Virus record (IMG/VR): IMGVR_UViG_3300044960_000121
Location: 1-42,893 of that record
From: a virus
Taxonomy: Duplodnaviria; Caudoviricetes
Length of the DNA: 42,893 nucleotides
Direction: 5' to 3' (one strand)
The position numbers were made by a program, and so were the translations under genes. Below the pieces are notes generated by a model. That model had not been told where the DNA came from, searched no databases, and worked only from the letters and a program-made list of their open reading frames with translations. Below, piece by piece: positions 27,479-36,375 of the stretch. Each line of letters begins with the position of its first letter. The first letter of the stretch is position 1.

Positions 27479-27918
27479 TGATAAACGTTGAGACAAGAGA
27501 GATTGACGGGCACAATTATGAGTTTTATCAATTAGGGGCAGTCAAATCTTTAAAAATTTTAACACGAATTTTAAAAATCATTGGTGAGCCTATAGGACTT
27601 ATTACGGGAGAGGCAACAGTTAAAGATTTTTTAAAAACTGAGCTTAACAGTGATATTTTAGGAAAGGCTTTAAAAGCGTTGACAGACAAGCTAGATGAGG
27701 AGTTAGTGGTTAACACAATCAAAGAGCTTTTAGAGCCTGTACTTTGCGATGGCAAAAGAATTCAATTTGATTTACATTTTCAGGGTAGAATTGGACATTT
27801 ATTAAAAGTTGTTAAAGCGGCATTGGAGGTTAATTATAAAGATTTTTTCGGCGTAAGCCAAAGCCTCCTAGAAGGCTTGGCAATCAAGGCTCATACACAA
27901 TCAACACAGACAACATAA
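27478..27918 (+). CDS. Tail assembly chaperone (G)
   Basis: Between tube and tape measure; D.HF.G...L..V...L.VNY.DFF. Confidence 0.8.
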   Translation: MINVETREIDGHNYEFYQLGAVKSLKILTRILKIIGEPIGLITGEATVKDFLKTELNSDILGKALKALTDKLDEELVVNTIKELLEPVLCDGKRIQFDLHFQGRIGHLLKVVKAALEVNYKDFFGVSQSLLEGLAIKAHTQSTQTT

Positions 27919-28076
27919 ACGTTGATTGGTTTGTTTGGAGAATTGTTTTAGCTAAAATTGCAACACTAACAGAGATAAGCGAAAAGTGGAATATCAATGA
28001 TTTATTTGATGCGCATGAAGCGCTAGATATAAAAGAAGAATTAGAGCTAGAAAGCTTAAAAAATATTAAGAGATAA
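27843..28076 (+). CDS. -1 frameshift extension of the tail chaperone (GT)
   Basis: Slippery T TTT TTC at 27843-27849; -1 frame open 27840-28076 without an ATG, encoding ...WRIVLAKIATLTEISEKWNINDLFDAHEALD... Confidence 0.75.
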   Translation, partial: FFRRKPKPPRRLGNQGSYTINTDNINVDWFVWRIVLAKIATLTEISEKWNINDLFDAHEALDIKEELELESLKNIKR

Positions 28077-28080
28077 AAAT

Positions 28081-29667
28081 ATGGCTTTAGTAATTGAGGA
28101 GCTAATCACTAAATGGGGTTTTAAGGTTGATCCCCAAGGCGTTGAGCGTGCAAATGCCGCACTACAAGGGCTTAAAGGGGCATTGCAACGTTTAAGCCTG
28201 ACAGCATTATTATCATCAGGGACTCTAGGGGCGTTTTTTAAAAAAACTTTTGATTATGCGGATGCGGTTGATAAAAACGCAAAAACTCTAGGCTTATCTA
28301 CTGACTCATACCAAAAGCTAAATTATGCCGCAGGACTTGCTTCAATTTCACAAGATCAGTTTTTAATGGGAATGCGTACTTTATCAAAAGTTTTTGCTGA
28401 GGCTCAAAGAGGTTCAAAGCAATACACTGAAACCCTTGCGGCACTTGGCATTTCATCGGAGATGCTTCAAGATAAAAATTTAAAATTAGATAAAGTTATT
28501 TTAACTGTTGCTGATAGATTTAAATCAATGCCTGACGGTGTGCAAAAAACTGCATTAGCCACTGAATTGTTTGGGCGAGCAGGCGGCAGAATGATTAACA
28601 TGCTAAAGGACGGCTCAAAAGGCTTGCGGCTCATGGCTCAGGAGGCACAGGATTTAGGCATTATTTTATCAGAACAAGAAATTAAAAACACTGTTGAGCT
28701 AAAAGATGAGACTTCAAAATTAATTATAACATTAAAAAATCTGATGTACTCAGTTGGGGCAAGATTATCCCCTGTAATCCTAGAGCAAGTGCAATATATA
28801 AAAGGTTGGGTTTTGCAAAATCGAAATCTAATAAAAACTAGAGTTGAAAAATTTATTTTAGCATTAACATCTCTTTTAAAAAATGCCATTAGCATTTTTA
28901 AACTTTTTGCCTCTGCTATAAGCCTTGTCACTTCTATGTTTGGAGGCTTTGATGCAACAGTTAAATTTTTAATAAAATCATTCATGATTTTAAATGCTTT
29001 AAAGCTAGCAAACAACATCGGGCAATTAGCAACATCTTTTGTTAGCTTGAGCTCAACAATTAAATCCGCCGCAAGCATATTCTCACTTTTAACATCAAAA
29101 GCTACCTTAATAGGTTTTGCAATTTTATCAATTGGATTAATCGTTGAGGATTTAATTGCGTTTTTTCAAGGTAGGGATAGCGTAACAGCCTTGATAGTCA
29201 AGGGTTTTGCGGCGTTATATGTTAAATTAAAACCATACATTGATAAATTAATTGAGCTATTAATTTATCTCAAAGATGTTGCGTTGCAAGTGATTGATTT
29301 TTTGCTTGTTAAGATTTCGGAATTTTTCAATTTGATAAGAGAATGGTATTATAAATTAGGAATTGATAAGATTGTTAACTTTTTAGGTTCGGTTTTTAGC
29401 GGTGCAAAAAAACTTTTAGGACTTGAGCAGCAAAAAATCGAAACCATTAGATTTATTGAGACAAGCGGGATATACGCCTATCCGCCAACGCCTGAAACAA
29501 AAAATTTAAACATGAGTAATAATATTACTGCTCCTATCACTATCACAGTTCCGCCTAATACGCCGCCAGATCAGGTAGGCGCACATGTTAGAGCGGGCGT
29601 ATCTGATGCCTTAAGCGAAATACTAAAAGACACTAATCTAATACTAACCCCCGCAACGGAGTACTAG
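28081..29667 (+). CDS. Tape measure protein
   Basis: 528 aa, helical; Q.L.YAA, ELFGRAG..M..ML..G. Confidence 0.85.
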   Translation: MALVIEELITKWGFKVDPQGVERANAALQGLKGALQRLSLTALLSSGTLGAFFKKTFDYADAVDKNAKTLGLSTDSYQKLNYAAGLASISQDQFLMGMRTLSKVFAEAQRGSKQYTETLAALGISSEMLQDKNLKLDKVILTVADRFKSMPDGVQKTALATELFGRAGGRMINMLKDGSKGLRLMAQEAQDLGIILSEQEIKNTVELKDETSKLIITLKNLMYSVGARLSPVILEQVQYIKGWVLQNRNLIKTRVEKFILALTSLLKNAISIFKLFASAISLVTSMFGGFDATVKFLIKSFMILNALKLANNIGQLATSFVSLSSTIKSAASIFSLLTSKATLIGFAILSIGLIVEDLIAFFQGRDSVTALIVKGFAALYVKLKPYIDKLIELLIYLKDVALQVIDFLLVKISEFFNLIREWYYKLGIDKIVNFLGSVFSGAKKLLGLEQQKIETIRFIETSGIYAYPPTPETKNLNMSNNITAPITITVPPNTPPDQVGAHVRAGVSDALSEILKDTNLILTPATEY

Positions 29668-29670
29668 AGT

Positions 29671-30402
29671 ATGGCAATCACATCATTGTTATTCGGAGCG
29701 GGCAAAACAAAAGCAATATTAGGCGCAAAAAAAAGAACAGGTTGGAGTATAACAGGCTCAAAATATTCAGTGATTGATAGCGGCGTAATGATTGATGCGG
29801 TTGTCAATGAGACACACAATTTAAATGCGGATGTAACTCAATATGAAGTAGAAAGCGGGGCAGTGATATCTGATCACGTACAAATAAAACCTGTTCAATT
29901 GACAATCGAAGGCATTATATCGGAAACTCCGATATCATTCGTATCTACCGCATTGACCGCAGGGGCTACGGCTTTAGGCACTGAGCTAGGCAAACGCTAT
30001 GGCAACATTGCGGCGGGTGTTGGTACTTTTGCGGGGGCTTCATTGTCAGGCTTAATAACATCAAAACCTACCGCTCAAGATGTTTTTAAGGTTTTAAAAA
30101 ATCTATTTGAAAAAAAAGAACCTTTTACTGTTGTTACAGGTTTAACTGTGTATGATAATATGATTATCACATCTTTATCAATTCCTAGAAATGCCGCAAC
30201 AGGCAAGGCTTTGCGCTTTACTGCTACTTTGCAACAAATAAAAATTGTAGAAACTCAAACAGTACCCATACCTGAATATAAAACAAAGACTGCTTTAACA
30301 TCATCATCTCAAGATTTAGGCAAACAAGCTACTACCGCCGCAACGGCGGCAGAAAAAGGAAAAAGCTTTTTGCTTAAGGCAATTAATTTTTTTAGGAGAT
30401 AA
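29671..30402 (+). CDS. Baseplate/tail-tube initiator (Dit-like)
   Basis: DAVV.E.H....VT.Y.VE.G..ISDH, VVTGL.VY.NM.I. Confidence 0.75.
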   Translation: MAITSLLFGAGKTKAILGAKKRTGWSITGSKYSVIDSGVMIDAVVNETHNLNADVTQYEVESGAVISDHVQIKPVQLTIEGIISETPISFVSTALTAGATALGTELGKRYGNIAAGVGTFAGASLSGLITSKPTAQDVFKVLKNLFEKKEPFTVVTGLTVYDNMIITSLSIPRNAATGKALRFTATLQQIKIVETQTVPIPEYKTKTALTSSSQDLGKQATTAATAAEKGKSFLLKAINFFRR

Positions 30403-30404
30403 AA

Positions 30405-30728
30405 ATGGCGGTAAAAATCCCATTGACAAATGAGCTTGTGAGTTACATTTTTGAGATTGCACTAGACAATCAAACTTTTAAATTTGATGTTTATTATAAT
30501 TCAAGACTGAATAGGTGGATTTTATCAATTTTTAATTTGAATAATGAGCCGATACTTTGCGGCATTCCTTTGCTTGTTGCATCGCCTTTAATTCAAAGAT
30601 TTAGACTTAAAGAGTTAGAGGGAGAATTTATATTAGTTAATAACAAAAACCCCTTTGAAGAGGTTGATAGACAAGGCTTACAAGGGGCTGAACTAATTTA
30701 TTATAATAAAGATGAGCTTACTATTTGA
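30405..30728 (+). CDS. Baseplate component
   Basis: YNSR..RW.L.I, GIPL; myophage baseplate gene order. Confidence 0.65.
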   Translation: MAVKIPLTNELVSYIFEIALDNQTFKFDVYYNSRLNRWILSIFNLNNEPILCGIPLLVASPLIQRFRLKELEGEFILVNNKNPFEEVDRQGLQGAELIYYNKDELTI

Positions 30729-31542
30729 TAGAAACGCAAAGTTAATAATATCAGAAACGCCTCAATCTACTAAAGGCGTTGACTTGTCAGGATTACATTT
30801 TTCATTTAAAATCGAAAAAACAACAGAACCAAAACCAAACACTGCAACAATTGATGTATACAACATTAGCCAAACAACAAAAGCAAAACTAGAACAAAAA
30901 AATAATGTTGTAATTTTACAAGTAGGCTATAGGGGGTTAGATGTTTTTCCAAAATTTGAAACTTTGTTTATTGGTGATATTACAGATAGCGGTGTAACAG
31001 TAGACAGATCAGGGGCAACAATCAAGTACACTTTTACGGCAATGGATGGGATAAAAAAATATAAAAATGCAATCATTAATAAAAGCTATTCTCAAGGCGT
31101 AACATCAGATATTATAATATCTGATTTAGCTAATATTATGGGTTTAACAATTTCTTATATTGGAGTATCAGAATTTAAATTATATCAACACGGCTATGCC
31201 GCATCAGGCAAGGTTTCTACGATACTAGATGAGATTACAAAATCAATCAATGCGGAATGGAGCATTAACAATTATGAGCTTATTATTACACAAAAAAATA
31301 AACCCGCCGCTAAAACTGCTATATTGATATCGGCTAATACGGGATTAATAGGCAGCGTATCAAAAACAGAAAAAGGTATTCAATTTAAAACTTTGTTAAA
31401 TCCAAAACTTCAGCCTTTTAGTCCCATAAGCGTGGAAAGCCTGACTATCAAGGGTTTTTACAGGATTGAGAGAGTAGTACATGTTGGAGAAACCTCAAGT
31501 GCGGGAGAGTGGATTAGCCAAGTGGAGGCGATATCGCTATGA
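30712..31542 (+). CDS. Baseplate hub
   Basis: F.IEK, PN.A.I.VYN, L.VGY, TGLIGS, LLNP.L, H.G.T. Confidence 0.78.
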   Translation: MSLLFDRNAKLIISETPQSTKGVDLSGLHFSFKIEKTTEPKPNTATIDVYNISQTTKAKLEQKNNVVILQVGYRGLDVFPKFETLFIGDITDSGVTVDRSGATIKYTFTAMDGIKKYKNAIINKSYSQGVTSDIIISDLANIMGLTISYIGVSEFKLYQHGYAASGKVSTILDEITKSINAEWSINNYELIITQKNKPAAKTAILISANTGLIGSVSKTEKGIQFKTLLNPKLQPFSPISVESLTIKGFYRIERVVHVGETSSAGEWISQVEAISL

Positions 31543-32216
31543 GTACTCTAACACCAACATTATCACAATTATTAGATGATTTTATAAATTCGAAATTGCT
31601 AGATGTACATGTTGCACTACCCGCTAGGATTGTTAGCTATGACTCAAAAACACAATACGCAAGTGTACAGCCTGAGATCAAGCGAAAATTTAAAGATGGG
31701 GCAGTTGTAAATTTGCCAATAATTAATAATGTTCCTGTTGTAATGCCTAGAACCTCAAGCTCATATGTGTATTTGCCGATAAAACAAGGCGATAATGTGC
31801 TTTTAATTTTTTCTGAACGCTCAATTGATATTTGGAAAAACAAAGGAGGAGACACAGATCCAAAGGACGCAAGGCATCATGCGTTATCTGATGCTTTTGC
31901 AATTGTGGGAGGCTACCCATTAGCAAAACCTATCGTAGGGCATGATAGCAAAGATTTGTCTTTAGGTAACGTTTTGTCAAAAATTCAAATGACAGAAAAC
32001 GGAAAGTTTTACATTGGCAATAATTTATATAATTTTGTTAAACTAGTAGATGAGCTAGGAGAGCAAGCCAAAAGCCTTGCTATTCAAGCCTCACAAATAA
32101 CTGTTAATACAATAATGGGAGTTTCATCATTGCCTAATAATACTAGTATTTTTGTACAAATTGCTAATGAGATACAAATTATTTTAAATAAATTAAAAAC
32201 ACTAATCAAAGAGTGA
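31539..32216 (+). CDS. Baseplate spike (Gp138-like)
   Basis: VALPA.IVSYD, VQP, VPV..P, GD.VL.IFSER.ID.W, H.LSDA. Confidence 0.8.
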   Translation: MSTLTPTLSQLLDDFINSKLLDVHVALPARIVSYDSKTQYASVQPEIKRKFKDGAVVNLPIINNVPVVMPRTSSSYVYLPIKQGDNVLLIFSERSIDIWKNKGGDTDPKDARHHALSDAFAIVGGYPLAKPIVGHDSKDLSLGNVLSKIQMTENGKFYIGNNLYNFVKLVDELGEQAKSLAIQASQITVNTIMGVSSLPNNTSIFVQIANEIQIILNKLKTLIKE

Positions 32217-32219
32217 TAT

Positions 32220-32768
32220 ATGATTGATGATTTAAATACATGGAAGACAACATATTTGCAGCTTCAAAACATTGGCTCAAGTCAATGGGCACAACAATTT
32301 TCTAATTGGGTAGATGAGAGAGTTAGCGGCAAAATGGAATTAAACGGTGTATATAATGCATCAGGCACAGCATTCATTTTTGTTTTTAACAAAAATTTGT
32401 TTAAATCAGAATTATTAAATTTGCAAATTGTAAATAGCAGATTGCAAGGCGTTACAAACTTTGCAAATGCTTGGAAGACAGCCGTTTTAGGCTCATCAGT
32501 TCAAACGCTTGTCAATTCATACATTGGAATAAACACCCCCGCAACACGTTGGAGTGTAATCAATTCCACAACATTAAACAGTGCAGGCGTTAACGCCGCA
32601 TACAATATTATTCTTACTTTGGCAAATGAAGAACCTACTGATACGGCAAACTCAAAAGTCCCACAAAAACTAAGAGAAGCTTTTTTGTCGCTAACCGTTG
32701 ATACTCAAGGCGTTGACAGCCGTACCCCTCCACAACAATTAAATGACTACAATAGGAGCGTATTATGA
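32220..32768 (+). CDS. Hypothetical protein in the baseplate cluster
   Basis: 182-aa ORF coupled to its neighbours. Confidence 0.55.
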   Translation: MIDDLNTWKTTYLQLQNIGSSQWAQQFSNWVDERVSGKMELNGVYNASGTAFIFVFNKNLFKSELLNLQIVNSRLQGVTNFANAWKTAVLGSSVQTLVNSYIGINTPATRWSVINSTTLNSAGVNAAYNIILTLANEEPTDTANSKVPQKLREAFLSLTVDTQGVDSRTPPQQLNDYNRSVL

Positions 32769-33115
32769 GCGATATAAGATTAGATCACAATCACGATATA
32801 TATATCAATGGCGGAAATTTAGAGCTTGTTAGTGATGTAGATGAGACTGTTCAATTAATAAAACAAACATTAAAATTTTTTAAAGGGGAGTGGTTTTTGG
32901 ATGAGACTTTAGGGATACCGTATTTTGAACTTATGGAAAAGCCTATAAATATAGAGCTTATCAAATCCGTATTAATTGCAACAATTGCGAAAATTCCAAA
33001 TGTTTTAGCAATAGAAAAATTTGAACTTGATTATTTAGGAACAACAAGACAATTAAATATTAATTTTACTTTGAAAGTAGGCAATAATATAATAAGTATG
33101 AATGAGGTGATTTAA
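32765..33115 (+). CDS. Baseplate wedge / sheath initiator
   Basis: L.FFKGEWFLD...GIPY. Confidence 0.78.
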   Translation: MSDIRLDHNHDIYINGGNLELVSDVDETVQLIKQTLKFFKGEWFLDETLGIPYFELMEKPINIELIKSVLIATIAKIPNVLAIEKFELDYLGTTRQLNINFTLKVGNNIISMNEVI

Positions 33116-33116
33116 C

Positions 33117-34565
33117 ATGTTTGGGATTACACCGCAAGGTTTTTTAATTAAAAAATTTGAAAATATAAAATCAGAAATTGAAAATGCCTTAAAATTGGCT
33201 TTAGGCAACGATTTGAACCTATTGCCGCAAAGTGTGCTAGGGCAATTAGTGGCAATTTTTGCCGAAAGAGAAACTCTATTGTGGGAGCTAGCTCAGGCAG
33301 TTTATTATTCGCAATATCCAGATACGGCAGAAGGGACTAGTCTAGACAATGTATGCTCAATCACGGGGACAGTGCGAAAACAAGCAACAAAAAGCTATGG
33401 GCAAGCAATTGCATTAGGGCAAAACGGCACAATCATACCCATTGATAGCATTGTGTCAGTTCCAAATTCTTTAACTTCAAAATTCAAAGTTAAATCTACA
33501 TATGTAATTAATTCACAATTAAGTAGAGTGCAAAAAATTGAATTTTCTGATGTGCCTGATAGCGGCACATTCAAATTGACTTATGGCTCATACTCTACTG
33601 TAAGCCTTGACTATCAAGCCACAGCGGGCACAGTTAAAACCGCATTAGAAGCATTGCCTATAGGCACAACGCTAAAAGTAGAAGGTGATTTTTCTAATGG
33701 ATTTTTGGTTTTTTTTAGAAAAAAAGGAAGCTATCTAGATTTAGGCGTTTCAAATAATACATTAACGAAAAACTCTAATCCCGTGATTATCTCAATTGCA
33801 AAACAATATGGGGTAGAGATTAATATAGAGGCATTAGATTATGGTGAGATTTTGGGCAATGCGGACACTATCGTAAGCATTGATACGCCTGTCTTTGGGT
33901 GGGATAGGGTTATCAATTTAGAAGATGTCTATGTTGGTAGAGAAAGAGAAACCGATGCGGAATTGAGAGTTAGAAGATTAGAGGAGATCACTATCGCAGG
34001 AAAGGCAACGGCTAATGCAATAATTGCCGCATTAAAGGCAATTCAAGGCGTTCAGGCGGTTACCGTTTTCGTTAATAATTCTGATATAACAGATTTAAAT
34101 GGATTGCCGCCGCATTCAATTGAGGCAACAGTTTACGGCGGAGATAATGATGATATTGCTAAAACATTGTTTGATACTGTTGCGGCAGGGATTAAAACGC
34201 ACGGAAGCATATCCTTGCAAGTCTTTGATGCTCAAGGCTTTCAGCATACTGTAAAATTTTCAAGGCCAACAGAAATTGATATTTATGTGAAAGTAGATTT
34301 AACTATTGATAATAACTTATTCCCTGTTAATGGCATTGATTTAGTTAAAGATTACATTTTAGCTTATGGCAAAAGCTTGCAAGTAGGCGATGATGTTATT
34401 GTTGTGCCAAAGCTAATCTCTTCATTTGCTACTGTTGCGGGAATTCTAGATGCGGATATTTATGTGGGCACAGCGCCTAATCCAACACAATCAAACAACA
34501 TAGCAATATCAACAACGCAAATTGCAAAATTTGATAGCGCCAACATTGAGGTTAATATATTATGA
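33117..34565 (+). CDS. Baseplate J-like protein with an inserted domain
   Basis: FG.T..GF, PDTAEG.SLD, GRERETDAELR.R, LPPHSI, FSRP. Confidence 0.88.
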   Translation: MFGITPQGFLIKKFENIKSEIENALKLALGNDLNLLPQSVLGQLVAIFAERETLLWELAQAVYYSQYPDTAEGTSLDNVCSITGTVRKQATKSYGQAIALGQNGTIIPIDSIVSVPNSLTSKFKVKSTYVINSQLSRVQKIEFSDVPDSGTFKLTYGSYSTVSLDYQATAGTVKTALEALPIGTTLKVEGDFSNGFLVFFRKKGSYLDLGVSNNTLTKNSNPVIISIAKQYGVEINIEALDYGEILGNADTIVSIDTPVFGWDRVINLEDVYVGRERETDAELRVRRLEEITIAGKATANAIIAALKAIQGVQAVTVFVNNSDITDLNGLPPHSIEATVYGGDNDDIAKTLFDTVAAGIKTHGSISLQVFDAQGFQHTVKFSRPTEIDIYVKVDLTIDNNLFPVNGIDLVKDYILAYGKSLQVGDDVIVVPKLISSFATVAGILDADIYVGTAPNPTQSNNIAISTTQIAKFDSANIEVNIL

Positions 34566-35245
34566 TAGCACAAATATCTAATCATGTAGAACAGGCTTTA
34601 GACAGGCTTTTGCAGCAATATAAAAATTCACAAAAGTTTAAATCTATTTTGCAAAGTTTAATAAATGAAATTCAAATAATTGAGAATGAATTTTTTAAAT
34701 TAAAAAATGAGCGTAGTCTAGACGCTGCAGTAGGATATCAATTAGATTTAATTGGTACAATCATTGGAGAGAGGCGGCTAGATAGGACTGATGAGGCATA
34801 TAGAGAGGCTTTAAAGAGTAAAATTTTGATTAATATATCGCAAGGGGATGTAGACACTTTAATTAAAATATCTAATCTTCTTACAAACTCAGATTACTGC
34901 CATTATATTAATCTAGGCAATGGGCACATTCAATTATCAACAACAAACACAACATTAACGCAACAACAAGCGAATAACTATATTAGAGTGATACAATCCG
35001 CTAGTGCGGCGGGGTGTAGAGTAGATTACCTTGTGAAACACTTGTCTGACAAGGCTTTTGCGTATGATGGTGTACAAGCTCAAGCTAACAGCCTAGGCTA
35101 TGATGATGGTAGCGGCACACTAGGAGGGCAATACGCCGATCACTATGAGCTATTGATACCTTTTGCTTATGCAGGCGATAACCCAAACTATGCGGGCTAT
35201 GGCACGCCTGAAGATGTATTGGTAGGAGGTATATATTCAGATTAA
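34562..35245 (+). CDS. Baseplate wedge (DUF2612-like)
   Basis: QYKNS, LD.AVG.QLD.IG.IIG..R, DE.YR. Confidence 0.78.
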   Translation: MIAQISNHVEQALDRLLQQYKNSQKFKSILQSLINEIQIIENEFFKLKNERSLDAAVGYQLDLIGTIIGERRLDRTDEAYREALKSKILINISQGDVDTLIKISNLLTNSDYCHYINLGNGHIQLSTTNTTLTQQQANNYIRVIQSASAAGCRVDYLVKHLSDKAFAYDGVQAQANSLGYDDGSGTLGGQYADHYELLIPFAYAGDNPNYAGYGTPEDVLVGGIYSD

Positions 35246-35283
35246 TTTTTATGTTATAATAATTTTTATATAGGAGTACAAAA

Positions 35284-36366
35284 ATGACAAAACCAACATT
35301 TTATCTAGATTGGACTGATGGCTCAGCCTCAAAGGTAGAAGAGCCAACAGCAGCAAAAAAGCTATTGGGATATGTTGCAAATGAGCGTCCTAGCTTTAAA
35401 CATCACAATTGGATATTTTGGGCAACGGATCAATGGATTAAATACTTTGAAGATGTTACTGACACTTTATTATTGTCTAGAAAACCTTGGGACGCAATGG
35501 TTTCCGCAACAGGCGGAACTCACACAACATTGCAAGCGGCAATAAATGCCGTAACTCCATACTCCCGCATTATTGTGTTTGGACAACATCAGATAAGTAC
35601 AACAATCATAGTTAATAAACCCGTTTTAATTTATTTTCATCCCTCCGCCTCATTAGAAAACAATGGGGCAGGGACAGGTGTACAAGTCTCAAGTGTAGAT
35701 GTTAGTTTTAATTTTGGTGTTTTTAAAAATTTTACTACCGCTATTAGCATAACTGCAGGCTCACACAGATGCCGCATTTTAAATTGCTATTTTAGTGGTA
35801 ACACTACCAACGTGTCAGTAGCGGGCGGAGTTCAAGACACACTAAAATTAGGCAATATTCCATTTTCAGAAAACACAATATTAGGAGGCGGCGGAGGAGG
35901 AGGCTCACTATCGTGGGAAAGCCTTGAGGGACAAGCACCAGAAGCGGCTCAAGAGTTTAACGCAAAAATTTTGAAATTTGATCCTTCAGCCACACAATAT
36001 ATAACCACATATGTTAGAGTGCCTATAGTGTACTACGGGGCTCAAATAAAATTGTACATTGCTCACTATTCCCCTGATGCCACGGGCTCACAATTGATAA
36101 AATGCAAAACATATCTAAAAAAATTAGGGTCTCAAGCCTCAAATGAAACAAATTTTTATGTTTCAACAAATTCCCAAATTGTGCCAACAAGTGCATACCA
36201 AATTTTAAATTCAGAAATTGACTTAACAGATACGAATGGAAAAATTAATAACATTGCGGTAGCACCTTATGACTTATTGCGTATTGAGCTATACGCCGAT
36301 AGCTCAAGCACAACAACAGATGATATAAGAGTTATACCTACATCTACCGATATCAAATTTTTATAG
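35284..36366 (+). CDS. Tail fibre / baseplate-attached protein
   Basis: N-terminal GY...ERP....NW......W fibre-attachment motif; TLQAAINA plus beta-helix-like segment; G7 linker. Confidence 0.65.
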   Translation: MTKPTFYLDWTDGSASKVEEPTAAKKLLGYVANERPSFKHHNWIFWATDQWIKYFEDVTDTLLLSRKPWDAMVSATGGTHTTLQAAINAVTPYSRIIVFGQHQISTTIIVNKPVLIYFHPSASLENNGAGTGVQVSSVDVSFNFGVFKNFTTAISITAGSHRCRILNCYFSGNTTNVSVAGGVQDTLKLGNIPFSENTILGGGGGGGSLSWESLEGQAPEAAQEFNAKILKFDPSATQYITTYVRVPIVYYGAQIKLYIAHYSPDATGSQLIKCKTYLKKLGSQASNETNFYVSTNSQIVPTSAYQILNSEIDLTDTNGKINNIAVAPYDLLRIELYADSSSTTTDDIRVIPTSTDIKFL

Positions 36367-36375
36367 GAGGTTTAT

